In this document: positions 51,592 to 60,941 of the stretch, in pieces
Numbering within the stretch: position 1 is the first letter of the stretch
Layout: each line of letters opens with the position of its first letter
NCBI GenBank assembly: GCA_046289925.1
Contig: JBKBUN010000001.1
Location: 10,199-74,198 of the forward strand
Source of the DNA: Burkholderiaceae bacterium
GTDB lineage: Bacteria > Pseudomonadota > Gammaproteobacteria > Burkholderiales > Burkholderiaceae_C
Direction: 5' to 3'
DNA: 64,000 bases
Notes under the pieces: generated by a model
Told to the model about the DNA's origin: nothing
The model's input: the letters and a program-made list of their open reading frames with translations, nothing else
Database searches by the model: none
Made by a program: the position numbers and the translations under genes

Positions 51592-52233
51592 ATGGTCAAG
51601 AAACTGCAAAAACTCAGCAACGACAAGAAGAAGGGCAGCCACTCGCAGCTGTCGAACACCGTCAAGGATTCGGCCCAGCAGATCTGGCTGGCCGGTCTGG
51701 GGGCCTTTGCCAAGGCGCAAGTCGAAGGCGGCAAGGTGTTTGAGGCACTGGTCAAGGAAGGCCTGACTCTGCAACGCAAGACCCAGGCCGTGGCCGAAGA
51801 AAAGATCTCCGAAGCGACGAGCCGCATGAGCACCATGGCCAACGACATCGGCTCGCGCGCCGCCGGCCAATGGGACAAGCTGGAAACCATTTTTGAAGAC
51901 CGCGTAGCCAAGGCCCTGGCCAAGCTGGGCGTGCCCTCGGCACGTGACCTCGAAGCCCTGAGCGCCCGTGTGGACGCGCTGGCCAAGAGCGTGGGCAAGG
52001 CAGCCCCCAAGGCAGAAGCCAAGCCCGCCGCGGCTGCCAAGAAGGTCGCCACCAAGCCCGTGGCCCCAAAGGCCGCCGCCAAGCCCGCTGCCAAGCCCGC
52101 TGCCGTGAAGCCGGCCGCCAAGAAGACCGCCCCGGCCAAGAAGGCCGCCGCCAAGCCCCGCGCGCCCTTCCCCAAGGTGGCCCCTCGCACCGAGGCCGCT
52201 GCCGAGACGGCCGCGACGCCTGCAGCCAACTGA
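51592..52233 (+). CDS. Granule-associated phasin, PhaF-like, with AAKP-rich tail
   Basis: QIWLAGLGAF, WDKLETIFEDRV, AAKP repeats; GGAGG RBS. Confidence 0.88.
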   Translation: MVKKLQKLSNDKKKGSHSQLSNTVKDSAQQIWLAGLGAFAKAQVEGGKVFEALVKEGLTLQRKTQAVAEEKISEATSRMSTMANDIGSRAAGQWDKLETIFEDRVAKALAKLGVPSARDLEALSARVDALAKSVGKAAPKAEAKPAAAAKKVATKPVAPKAAAKPAAKPAAVKPAAKKTAPAKKAAAKPRAPFPKVAPRTEAAAETAATPAAN

Positions 52234-52268
52234 CCCCAAGGCGGGCGCTTGCGCCCTGCCCGTCCCTG

Positions 52269-52304
52269 AAGGCCGTCCCGCTCCACGCGCGACGGCCTTT
52301 TTTT
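52269..52304 (+). terminator. Rho-independent terminator after the phasin gene
   Basis: AAGGCCGTC...GACGGCC followed by T7. Confidence 0.8.
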
Positions 52305-52431
52305 GCGCCAGCCTCCGGGTTGACCACGAGGCGCGGCGCGCACGCACGGCGCCAGGCCCGGGCGCTGCTGCGTTAGAGTAGCCACACCACTATCGCCCTT
52401 ACCACCCAGAACCGCCAAGGGGACAGCACGC

Positions 52432-53097
52432 ATGGTCAAAAAAGCGCCCAGACGCACGGCCGAACGCATCCTGGAAGTCACGCTCGATCTGTTCAACCGC
52501 TTCGGCGAGCCCAATGTCTCGACCACGCTGATCTCGGCCGAACTGCGCATCAGCCCGGGCAACCTGTACTACCACTACCCGGCCAAGGACGAGCTGATCA
52601 ACGCGCTGTTCGACCGCTACGAACGGTCGCTGAACGAGCTGCTGGGCGCGGCCGACGGTGTGCGCAACGTAGAGGACGCCTGGTTCTTCATGCACACGCT
52701 GTTCGAGCTGATCTGGCAGTACCGGTTTCTGTACCGCGACCTCAACGACCTGCTGTCCAAGAACCGGCGGCTCGAAACCGCGTTCCAGGTCATCCTCAAG
52801 AACAAGACGCGCGCCGTGCGCTCCATGCTCGACGGCATGGGCCGCAACGACACTGTGCACATCGACCCGCGCGAACTCGAAGCCACTGCCACCAGCATGG
52901 TGGTGGTGCTCACCTACTGGCTGAGTTTCGAGTATGTGCGCGACCCGCGCCGCGCGCTGGAACCCGACAGCGCACAGGCCGCCCTGCTGCGTGGCGCGCA
53001 CCATGTGCTGAATCTGCTCATGCCCTACCTTGAATCCGAACAGCGCCTGCACCTGCTGCGCCTGGTGGGCGCATACGCACCGCAGGCGCAGGGCTGA
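52432..53097 (+). CDS. TetR-family regulator, PhaD-like
   Basis: FNRFGEPNVST..IS.EL.ISPGNLYYHY; YRFLYRDLNDLL. Confidence 0.88.
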   Translation: MVKKAPRRTAERILEVTLDLFNRFGEPNVSTTLISAELRISPGNLYYHYPAKDELINALFDRYERSLNELLGAADGVRNVEDAWFFMHTLFELIWQYRFLYRDLNDLLSKNRRLETAFQVILKNKTRAVRSMLDGMGRNDTVHIDPRELEATATSMVVVLTYWLSFEYVRDPRRALEPDSAQAALLRGAHHVLNLLMPYLESEQRLHLLRLVGAYAPQAQG

Positions 53098-53108
53098 GCC
53101 AGCACCGA

Positions 53109-53138
53109 CCACAACCACAACCACAACCACAACCACAA
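53109..53138. repeat. (CCACAA)5 microsatellite
   Basis: Five perfect hexamer copies in an intergenic gap. Confidence 0.9.
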
Positions 53139-53168
53139 CAATCCACCGAACTGCACAGGAGACACACC

Positions 53169-53945
53169 ATGGCCAAATGGACCGCATTCCCCCACGCCGG
53201 CGACTACCGCTTCGATGCCGCCAGCACCAAAAAGCACTGGGCACGGCTGCACGCGGGCGATGCGGAACCCTGCCCCAAGGATGCGGCACTGCTGGAAGCC
53301 TGGGCCCTGTTCCACAACGGCGACTTTGAAGGTGCCACCGCCGCCGGACTGGCCTTGGGCGGCCGCGGCATCACCGTGGCCAACAAGGCCACAGCGATCT
53401 ACGCCAACTACCTCGAACCCAAAGAGAAAACGCGCCTGGACCTGTTCATGACTGTGGCCGAGCGCGCCCAAGCACAAGCCGCCGAAACACCCGACGACGC
53501 CAACGCCCACTACTGGAACGCGTACGCCCTGGGCCGCTACAGCCAGGGCATCAGCGTGGCCAAGGCACTGGCCCAGGGTCTGGGCAGCAAGGTCAAAGAA
53601 TCGCTGGAGCGCGCCATTGCCTTGGAGCCCAAGCACGCTGACGCCCGCATTGCGCTGGGAGCCTTCCATGCCGAAGTCATCGACAAGGTGGGCTCGCTGA
53701 TCGGGGGCATGACCTACGGTGCCAAGAAGGACGTGGGGCTCAAGCTGTTCCAGGAAGCGCTCAAGCTCAACCCCGGCTCGGCCATCGCCATGATCGAGTA
53801 CGCCAACGCATTGGTGATGCTGGACGGCGACAAGAAGATGAAGGAGGCCACCGCGCTGTACGAAAAGGCGGCCGCTTGCACGCCCCAGGACGCGATGGAG
53901 CGCCTGGATGTCGAGATGGCGAAAGCGGAACTCGAAGGGGAGTAA
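53169..53945 (+). CDS. Conserved hypothetical TPR-like protein
   Basis: All-helical TPR-like repeats; AGGAG RBS; typical codon bias. Confidence 0.82.
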   Translation: MAKWTAFPHAGDYRFDAASTKKHWARLHAGDAEPCPKDAALLEAWALFHNGDFEGATAAGLALGGRGITVANKATAIYANYLEPKEKTRLDLFMTVAERAQAQAAETPDDANAHYWNAYALGRYSQGISVAKALAQGLGSKVKESLERAIALEPKHADARIALGAFHAEVIDKVGSLIGGMTYGAKKDVGLKLFQEALKLNPGSAIAMIEYANALVMLDGDKKMKEATALYEKAAACTPQDAMERLDVEMAKAELEGE

Positions 53946-53953
53946 GGGGGCAT

Positions 53954-54450
53954 CCCCCTGAGGCGCTGCGCGCCTTCCCCCTTCTCTCGAACGGCTGCGC
54001 CGTTCGGGAAGGGGGACGCAGCCCTCGCTGCGGGGCGGCCCTTGCTTGGCTGCCCTGGCTCTTGGGCTGCGCCAGTTTTTTGCCGCCATGACGAAGCGGG
54101 CGCTGGTGGGTGCCGGGCTTCGCCGGCCCGGGGGGGCTGGCGCCCTCACCAGGCCGAGCGCAGCGATGGCCCGCCCCGCCCCCTTCAGGATGCGCCGAGG
54201 CGCGCAGCGTCTGGGGTGGCCTGCGTGCCGTAGGACACGCAGGCTTCGTCAACTGACTCGCCGCATTGGTCCGAACGCAGCGCCGCAGGCGCGAAGTCCG
54301 TTATGCGGCGCACCCCAGGCGCGAGCACCGCAGCTTGCCCGGAGCGAAGCGCAGGGTCGCAGCCTGTAGGGTCGCCTTTTCTTTGGTGACTTTCTTTTGG
54401 CGACCCAAAAGAAAGTCACTGCGCCGCCGGGCGCACATCCCGGCTCCGGA
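53954..54450. repeat. Stacked, highly structured non-coding palindromic elements
   Basis: Hairpin 53976-54016; perfect 15-bp stem 54386-54419; several smaller hairpins; no credible ORF. Confidence 0.6.
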
Positions 54451-54494
54451 CCACAAAACGCCCCAGCGGTCTACTACCACCAAAGAACGAAAAC

Positions 54495-54547
54495 GCTATG
54501 AATTCCATAGCTGCTCGTGCTTGATCCAAAAGCACGAGCGGCCATTC
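54495..54547. repeat. Dispersed double-hairpin repeat, family A
   Basis: GCTATGAATTCCATAGCTGCTCGTGCTTGATCCAAAAGCACGAGCGGCCATT. Confidence 0.8.
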
Positions 54548-54557
54548 TTCGGCCTCC

Positions 54558-55853
54558 TCAAACCGCCGCCAAGGCCTGCTCCAGATCGGCCAGCAAATCG
54601 TCGATGTGCTCAATCCCGACCGACAGCCGCACCGCGTCCTCCGGCACCCCTGCCCGCGCCAGCTCCTCAGGCGAGAGCTGGCGGTGCGTGGTCGAGGCCG
54701 GGTGCGTGGCCAGCGACTTCGCATCGCCAATGTTGACCAGGCGCGTGAAAAGCTGCAGCGCATCCAGGAAGCGCGCCCCGGCAGCGCGGCCGTCGCCGTC
54801 GCGCGGCTTGACGCCGAAGGTGAGCAGGCCCGAAGCCTTGCCGCCCAGATAGCGCTGCGCCAGCGCATGGTCGGGGTGATGGGGCAGGCCCGCGTAGTTG
54901 ACCCAGCCCACGCGCGCGTGCTGCGCCAGGAACTGCGCCACGCGCAGCGTGTTGGCGTTGATGCGCTCCATGCGCAGGGCCAGGGTTTCAATGCCTTGCA
55001 AGATGAGGAAGGCGTTGAACGGCGAGATCGCCGCGCCCGTGTTGCGCAGCGGCACCACGCGCGCACGGCCGATGTAGGCGGCCGAGCCCAAGGCCTCGGT
55101 GTAGACCACGCCGTGGTAGCTCACGTCGGGTTCGTTCAGGCGCTTGAAGCGCTCTTTGTGCTCGGCCCACGGAAACTTGCCGCTGTCCACAATGGCCCCG
55201 CCGATGCTGGTGCCATGCCCGCCCAGGTACTTGGTGAGCGAATGCACCACGATGTCGGCCCCGTGCTCGATGGGGCGCAGCAGGTAGGGCGACGCCACGG
55301 TGTTGTCCACGATCAGCGGCACGCCATGGCGGTGGGCGATGGCGGCCACCGCGGCGATGTCGGTGATGTTGCCCTGCGGATTGCCGATGGACTCGACAAA
55401 GATCGCCTTGGTGCGCGCATCGATCAGCGGCTCGAAGCTGGCCGGGTTGCGGTGGTCGGCAAAGCGCGTGGTGATGCCGAACTGCGGCAGCGTGTGCGCC
55501 AGCAGGTTGTAAGTGCCGCCGTACAGCGCGGTGCTGGAGACGATGTTGTCCCCAGCCTCGGCGATGGTCTGGATGGCGTAGGTCACAGCCGCCTGCCCCG
55601 AGGCCAGCGCCAGCGCCGCGATGCCGCCTTCCAGCGCCGCCACGCGTTGCTCCAGCACGTCCTGCGTGGGGTTCATGATGCGGGTGTAGATGTTGCCCGG
55701 CACCTTCAGGTCGAACAGGTCAGCGCCGTGCTGCGCGCTGTCGAACGCGTACGCCGCCGTTTGGTAGATGGGCACCGCCACGGCGCGTGTGGTGGGGTCG
55801 GGCCGGTAACCGGCGTGCACGGAGCGGGTTTCAAACTTCCACGCAGAAGACAT
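54558..55853 (-). CDS. metY: O-acetylhomoserine aminocarboxypropyltransferase (sulfhydrylase)
   Basis: IYTRIMNPT, PLP lysine HSLTKYLGGHG, HPASTTH. Confidence 0.93.
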   Translation of the reverse strand: MSSAWKFETRSVHAGYRPDPTTRAVAVPIYQTAAYAFDSAQHGADLFDLKVPGNIYTRIMNPTQDVLEQRVAALEGGIAALALASGQAAVTYAIQTIAEAGDNIVSSTALYGGTYNLLAHTLPQFGITTRFADHRNPASFEPLIDARTKAIFVESIGNPQGNITDIAAVAAIAHRHGVPLIVDNTVASPYLLRPIEHGADIVVHSLTKYLGGHGTSIGGAIVDSGKFPWAEHKERFKRLNEPDVSYHGVVYTEALGSAAYIGRARVVPLRNTGAAISPFNAFLILQGIETLALRMERINANTLRVAQFLAQHARVGWVNYAGLPHHPDHALAQRYLGGKASGLLTFGVKPRDGDGRAAGARFLDALQLFTRLVNIGDAKSLATHPASTTHRQLSPEELARAGVPEDAVRLSVGIEHIDDLLADLEQALAAV

Positions 55854-55921
55854 GGGATCGGTCCTTTCGTTGTTGCATACGGATCAGGGGGGCCATCCAA
55901 GGGGTGCGGATCGGCGGTGCA

Positions 55922-56029
55922 TCAGGCTGCGGCCAGCGCCACGGCATTGCGGGCCACGGCCGCCGGGTGGGCCGGCCGTAGCAGGCCCAGGTGCTCGCGC
56001 AGCGTGCGGCCATGGTAACGGGTGCGGCA
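55922..56029 (-). pseudogene. Probable 3' remnant of an NtaA/DszA-type flavin monooxygenase gene
   Basis: RTRYHGRTLREHLGLLRPAHP resembles the family C-terminal R.EY.G.TLR..LGL.RP; upstream part missing. Confidence 0.55.
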
Positions 56030-56242
56030 CCGAGGCCTGGGCCTGCGCGGCCAGCAAACGCCAAAGCCAGCATTCAAGGCGCGGTGTGCAGACGCTGGCC
56101 TGTGGCGCTGTCGGCGTGGGCATTTCAAGATCTTCAGGCATACCCGGCACGCACAGAGCCAGGCCCTGCCAATGCGGGGGGCTGCCAGCACACCGATGGA
56201 TGGGCACGGCGAGGCTCCAGCGGCTGCGCAAGCGGTACGCGC

Positions 56243-57262
56243 TTACTTCTTGGTGAAGATCTGGTCGAACACCGCGCCGTCGGCAAAGTGCTGCTTGCTG
56301 GCCGCAGCCCAGCCGCCAAAGGCTTCGTCGATGGTGAACAGCGGAATCTTGGGCAATTGCTTGGCGTACTTGGCCTGGGCTTTTTCAGAGCGCGGACGGT
56401 AGAAGTGCTTGCCGATCAGGTCCTGGGCTTCTTCGGTGTAGAGGAACTTCAGGTACTCCTCGGCCACGGCGCGCGTGCCCTTCTTGTCCACATTCCGGTC
56501 CACCAGCGTCACGGCGGGCTCGGCCAGGATGGAGAGCGACGGATAAACGAAGTCCACCTTGTTGCCGAATTCCTTTTCCAGCAGGTAGGCCTCGTTCTCC
56601 CAGGCGATGAGCACATCGCCCTGGTTGCGCTGCGCAAAGGTGACGGTGGAGCCGCGGGCGCCGGTGTCCAGAACGGGCACGTTCTGGTAGAGCTTGGCCA
56701 CGAACTCCTTGGCCTTGGCGTCGCCGCCGTACTTGCGCTTGGCAAATTCCCAAGCGGCCAGGTAGTTCCAGCGTGCGCCGCCCGACGTCTTGGGGTTGGG
56801 CGTGATCACCTTCACGTCGGCGCGCACCAGGTCGTCCCAGTTCTTGATCTGCTTGGGATTGCCCTGGCGCACCACCAGCACGATGGTCGAGGTGTAGGGC
56901 GCGCTGTTGTGCGGCAGGCGTTTTTGCCAGTCTTTTGGAATCCACTGGCCATTGGTGTGCAGTGCGTCGGTGTCACCGGCCAGGGCCAGCGTGGCCACGT
57001 CCGCGTCCAGCCCGTCGATGATCGAGCGGGCCTGCTTGCCCGAGCCGCCGTGCGACTGCTTGATGGTCACCTCCTGGCCGGTCTTGGCCTTCCAGTGGCG
57101 GGCAAACGCGGCATTGATGTCCACGTACAGCTCGCGGGTGGGGTCGTAGCTCACGTTCAGCAGATTCACAGGCGCTGGCTGCGCCTGCACCGGCAGGCTG
57201 GTGAGAGGCGCCAGGGTGGCAATGCCCAGCAGGGCAGCGAGAAAAGGGCGGCGGCGGTTCAT
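56243..57262 (-). CDS. sbp: Sulfate ABC transporter substrate-binding protein
   Basis: [35 protein letters not shown]. Confidence 0.95.
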   Translation of the reverse strand: MNRRRPFLAALLGIATLAPLTSLPVQAQPAPVNLLNVSYDPTRELYVDINAAFARHWKAKTGQEVTIKQSHGGSGKQARSIIDGLDADVATLALAGDTDALHTNGQWIPKDWQKRLPHNSAPYTSTIVLVVRQGNPKQIKNWDDLVRADVKVITPNPKTSGGARWNYLAAWEFAKRKYGGDAKAKEFVAKLYQNVPVLDTGARGSTVTFAQRNQGDVLIAWENEAYLLEKEFGNKVDFVYPSLSILAEPAVTLVDRNVDKKGTRAVAEEYLKFLYTEEAQDLIGKHFYRPRSEKAQAKYAKQLPKIPLFTIDEAFGGWAAASKQHFADGAVFDQIFTKK

Positions 57263-57338
57263 GTGCGGTGCTCTTCCCAACAACAAGCAGACCCCGATGG
57301 CCTGCGGATGAGCGAATGGTCCGCACTTCGCTTTAGAA

Positions 57339-58334
57339 ATGGAACGAATACTTTTTTGGTTCTATATCGCCAAAACATCTGTAGAGCGCAACATCCGGTC
57401 GGGCGACCCCGTTCGCCATGCGGCTGCCAGCGCTGCCCAGCAGGCGCTGGCCGACTGGTACAGCCGCCAGTACCGGCAAGCCTACAAGGCAGCAGTGCAA
57501 CCTGCCCTGCGCCATGTGCTGCGCGCCGGGCGCAATGCGCTGGACCGCTGGCACTGGCTGGCGCGCATGCAGCCCGCGCTGGCTGCGCCTGAGGCGGGGC
57601 CAGCGCGCAACAGCCTGGACATCGGCGCGAGCAGCGGCGAGACCGTGGCGCTGATGCGCCACTTGGGCTGGCACGCCACCGGCATCGAGCCGCATCAGGG
57701 ATACGCCCAGCACGCGCGCGAGGCGCTGGACCTGCCGGTGCGCTGCGGCACGCTGCTCGAGCAGATCGAACACACGCCGCCGGCCTCGCAGCAGCTGGTG
57801 ACCATGTTCCATGTGCTCGAACACCTGGCCGACCCGCTGGCCGCGCTGCGCAAGATTGCGCGCACGCTCGCACCCGGCGGGCGGCTGTTCATCGAAGTGC
57901 CCAACGCCACGCGCCTGTGCTCGCCGCACTACATGTTCTTCCGGGCCCATACGCTGTACTTCACGCAACCGTCGCTGCACGGGCTCATGCAGCGCGCGGG
58001 CCTGCAGATAGTGGCGGCCAGCGAACCCGATGCCGACAACCTGCGCGTGGTGGTGGAAGTCGCTCCTGCCGCGCCTGCGCTGGCGGCGGTGGCCATTGAC
58101 CGGGCCGACACGCTGGTGCAGGCGCAGCAGCGCCGCCGCTGGCTGCCGTATCTGCTGGAGCAACTGCGCACCGCACGACCGTTGCACAAACTGATGGCGC
58201 GGCAGGAAGAAAAGCGCACCGCGGCCCGCTATGCCAACGGACGCGAGTTGCTGCAGGCGCTGTACGGCGCACAGGGCGGCCCGCGTGGCAACGGCGGGCC
58301 TGCGATGCTATCGGGCCGTGCGTTCAGCGGCTGA
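57339..58334 (+). CDS. Class I SAM methyltransferase, N-terminus doubtful or truncated
   Basis: [29 protein letters not shown]; first ~20 codons lie in AT-rich promoter-like DNA. Confidence 0.65.
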   Translation: MERILFWFYIAKTSVERNIRSGDPVRHAAASAAQQALADWYSRQYRQAYKAAVQPALRHVLRAGRNALDRWHWLARMQPALAAPEAGPARNSLDIGASSGETVALMRHLGWHATGIEPHQGYAQHAREALDLPVRCGTLLEQIEHTPPASQQLVTMFHVLEHLADPLAALRKIARTLAPGGRLFIEVPNATRLCSPHYMFFRAHTLYFTQPSLHGLMQRAGLQIVAASEPDADNLRVVVEVAPAAPALAAVAIDRADTLVQAQQRRRWLPYLLEQLRTARPLHKLMARQEEKRTAARYANGRELLQALYGAQGGPRGNGGPAMLSGRAFSG

Positions 58335-58389
58335 CGGTCCACGCCCGGTGGCACGCAACCGTCGCGCTGCCCAGGAACACCCCGGCAAG

Positions 58390-58421
58390 AAAAAAGCCCC
58401 TGTGGAAACACAAGGGCTTTT
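58390..58421 (-). terminator. Terminator downstream of tRNA-Arg (possibly bidirectional)
   Basis: AAAAAAGCCCCTGTG-GAAA-CACAAGGGCTTTT. Confidence 0.75.
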
Positions 58422-58446
58422 GTATCTGGAGATCCTTTACAGAGGG

Positions 58447-58522
58447 TGGCGCGGCTGGCGGGGATCGAACCCACGACCCTTGGCTTCGGAGGCCAATACT
58501 CTATCCACTGAGCTACAGCCGC
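58447..58522 (-). tRNA. tRNA-Arg (anticodon CCG)
   Basis: 76-nt cloverleaf: GCGGCTG/CAGCCGC acceptor, TTGGC-CTCCGAA-GCCAA anticodon arm, TTCGA T loop, encoded CCA. Confidence 0.97.
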
Positions 58523-58676
58523 GCGGGCTGGCGCGCCAAGGGCGTGCCAGGGGCGCTAGTGTAACCCGAGTCCCGCCGCGGCCGGGGCGGCCACAGGATC
58601 GGTGGGTCCAAGGCTCTGCAGGCCCCCTGCACCACCGACACCCGGACAGCGGCCAGCTTCCGACAGCGCCATGCGC

Positions 58677-58730
58677 GCTATCAAAACAGGAGCTGGTTGT
58701 GCTTGATTTTGCTGGATGAGCGGCCCAAAC
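58677..58730. repeat. Degenerate family A repeat
   Basis: GCTATCAAAACAGGAGCTGGTTGTGCTTGATTTTGCTGGATGAGCGGCCC aligns without gaps to the 3701 copy. Confidence 0.65.
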
Positions 58731-58786
58731 GACTTGCAAACCCACGGCAGTGTCGCTGCGTGTGTGTGTGAGGGGGGCCGCACCAC

Positions 58787-59437
58787 TCACCCGCCGCTGC
58801 GCGGGCAGGGAACCTCTGCCCATTGCAGGCCCAAACCACGCAAAAAGGTGTCGCACGCGCCGCGCCCCACAGCGCGCAGGTCGAAGCCGCCTTCCGTCAG
58901 CAGCCAGTTGCGAATCAGTCCGTCAAACAGGGCGTGCAAGGCGGTGGCCGCAGCGTCGGCGGACATTGGGAGTGGACGGCCCAGGGCCTGTTCGGCCAGC
59001 GCAAAGTCGCGGGCGATGGTCTCGGTGAAGGCAAGGCTCGCCGCGATGTGGCGATCGCGCACGCCCACCAGCTCGCTCACGTACTCGACACGGAACAGCG
59101 CGATCTCGAACACGCGGCGCGTGTGGGCATCGGTGGCCACCTGCTCCAGCAGCACCCGCATGACGCCGCGCAGGCGCTGCACCGGGTCTAGCCCGGCGCA
59201 GTTGTCGAACTCGCCACACGCCTGCTCCAGCGGCAGGGTCACGCGGTCCATCATGGCGTTGAACAGGTCGGCCTTGTCCTTGAAGTGCCAGTAAATCGCA
59301 CCCCGCGTGGCCCCCGCGGTCAGCGCGATCTCGTGCAACGACGCACGCGAGACGCCGCGCTCGTGGAACACGGTCTCCGCAGCGTCGAGCAGGCTGTGGC
59401 GGGTGGCGTTGGCGTCTTCTTTGGTGCGGCGAACCAT
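58787..59437 (-). CDS. acrR: AcrR-like TetR repressor
   Basis: MVRRTKEDA, GATRGAIYWHFKDK; divergent from the RND operon. Confidence 0.9.
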   Translation of the reverse strand: MVRRTKEDANATRHSLLDAAETVFHERGVSRASLHEIALTAGATRGAIYWHFKDKADLFNAMMDRVTLPLEQACGEFDNCAGLDPVQRLRGVMRVLLEQVATDAHTRRVFEIALFRVEYVSELVGVRDRHIAASLAFTETIARDFALAEQALGRPLPMSADAAATALHALFDGLIRNWLLTEGGFDLRAVGRGACDTFLRGLGLQWAEVPCPRSGG

Positions 59438-59498
59438 GGGCGCGTGTCTCCTGAAGGCGGTGTGGGCTGGGCCTCAACCCAGCGGGGACGTGACGGTC

Positions 59499-59526
59499 AT
59501 TATACATTCACGAATGTATGTATAAT
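59499..59526. promoter_or_regulatory. AcrR operator overlapping a TATAAT -10 box
   Basis: ATACATTCACGAATGTATGTA closely matches the E. coli AcrR site; TATAAT at 59521-59526. Confidence 0.85.
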
Positions 59527-59644
59527 CCGCCACTTCCTGTTGTGTTGCTGCGCTGGCCCGTGTGCGGCCTGCCGGCTTCAGGGCTGGGCAGGCACTCTGC
59601 GTGCCGTGCGCCCTCGCCCGCCTGCACCACCCGAAAGGATTTGC

Positions 59645-60928
59645 ATGACTCCCCAGCCTGCTGTTCTGTCCGCCGCGCCCCGGGTGCGGCATTTGCACCC
59701 GGCCTTGCGCGGGACAATCGCCTCGGCTCTGCTGGCCGCGCTGGCCGCCTGCGGCAAAGGGGACCATGCGCCCCCTGCTGCCGGTGGCGGCGGCATGCCG
59801 CCCGTGCAGGTGGGGGTGGTCGTGGCCACGCCCGGCGACGTGGGCCTGGTGACCGAGCTGCCCGGCCGGGTCGAAGCCTCACGCGTGGCCGAGGTGCGCG
59901 CGCGGGCAGCGGGCATCCTGCAGCAGCGCCTGTTCCGCGAGGGCAGCGACGTCAAGGCCGGCCAACCGCTGTTCCGCATCGACCCCGCTCCCTACGCCGC
60001 GGCGCTGGACAGCGCGCGCGCCAGCCAGGCCCGCGCAGAGGCCAACCTGGCCCAGGCCGCCGCGCAACTGGAGCGCTACCGCCCGCTGGTCGAGGCCAAC
60101 GCGGTGAGCCGCCAGGAGTTTGTGAACGCAGAGGCCGCGCACAAGCAGGCGCTGGCCGATGTGGCCGCCACCAAGGCCGCGGTGCGCACGGCCGAAATCA
60201 ACCTGGGCCATGCCAACGTGGTGTCGCCGCTGTCGGGCCGCATTGGCCGCGCGCTGGTGACCGAGGGCGCACTGGTGGGCCAGGGCGAGGCCACGGCGCT
60301 GGCCGTGGTGCAGCAGATCGACCCGGTGTACATCAACTTCACGCAGTCGGCTGCCGAAGTGCTTCGCCTGCGGCGTGCGCTTGAGGCCGGCCAACTGCGC
60401 CGCGCCCAGGGCGCCGAGGCGGCGAGCGTGCGCGTGGTGCTGGACGACGGCACCGAGTACGCGCGCGCCGGACGGCTGCTGTTTTCGGACCTGAGCGTGG
60501 ACACCGCCACCGGCCAGGTCACGCTGCGCGCCGAAGTGCCCAACCCCAAGGGCGAGCTGCTGCCCGGCCTGTTCGTGCGCGTGCGGCTGGAGCAGGCGCA
60601 GGCCACCAACGCCATCACACTGCCGCAGCAGGCGGTGACGCGCACGCAGCAGGGCGACGTGGTGCAGGTGGTGGATGCCGAAGGCAAGGTGAGTCCGCGC
60701 ACCGTCCAAGTCACGCGCGCCCAAGGCAACCGCTGGCTGGTGCAAGACGGCCTGCAGCCCGGAGAGCGAGTGATGGTGGACGGTTTCCAGAAGCTGCAGA
60801 TGCTGCCACCGGGCACGCCCGTGAAGGCGGTGCCGTGGGAGCCGCCCGCTCAAGCTGCCAGCGCAGCGGCAACACCGGCCCCTGCCGCATCGGGCGCACA
60901 AGCGCCGGCCAGCGCGGCCGCACGCTGA
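59645..60928 (+). CDS. acrA: RND efflux periplasmic adaptor lipoprotein
   Basis: Lipobox LAAC; ELPGR, AEVRAR, LLPGLFV. Confidence 0.92.
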   Translation: MTPQPAVLSAAPRVRHLHPALRGTIASALLAALAACGKGDHAPPAAGGGGMPPVQVGVVVATPGDVGLVTELPGRVEASRVAEVRARAAGILQQRLFREGSDVKAGQPLFRIDPAPYAAALDSARASQARAEANLAQAAAQLERYRPLVEANAVSRQEFVNAEAAHKQALADVAATKAAVRTAEINLGHANVVSPLSGRIGRALVTEGALVGQGEATALAVVQQIDPVYINFTQSAAEVLRLRRALEAGQLRRAQGAEAASVRVVLDDGTEYARAGRLLFSDLSVDTATGQVTLRAEVPNPKGELLPGLFVRVRLEQAQATNAITLPQQAVTRTQQGDVVQVVDAEGKVSPRTVQVTRAQGNRWLVQDGLQPGERVMVDGFQKLQMLPPGTPVKAVPWEPPAQAASAAATPAPAASGAQAPASAAAR

Positions 60929-60941
60929 AGGGAGCCGTACC

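Noticed and set aside
52000-52170. Tandem DNA repeats
   Set aside because: Explained by the AAKP-type tail of the phasin
57230-57262. Tat-like RRPFL in the Sbp signal peptide
   Set aside because: Arg-rich n-regions are common in GC-rich genomes; cannot be distinguished from a Sec signal here
58447-58522. tRNA as an active integration site
   Set aside because: No integrase and no duplicated tRNA 3' end found nearby
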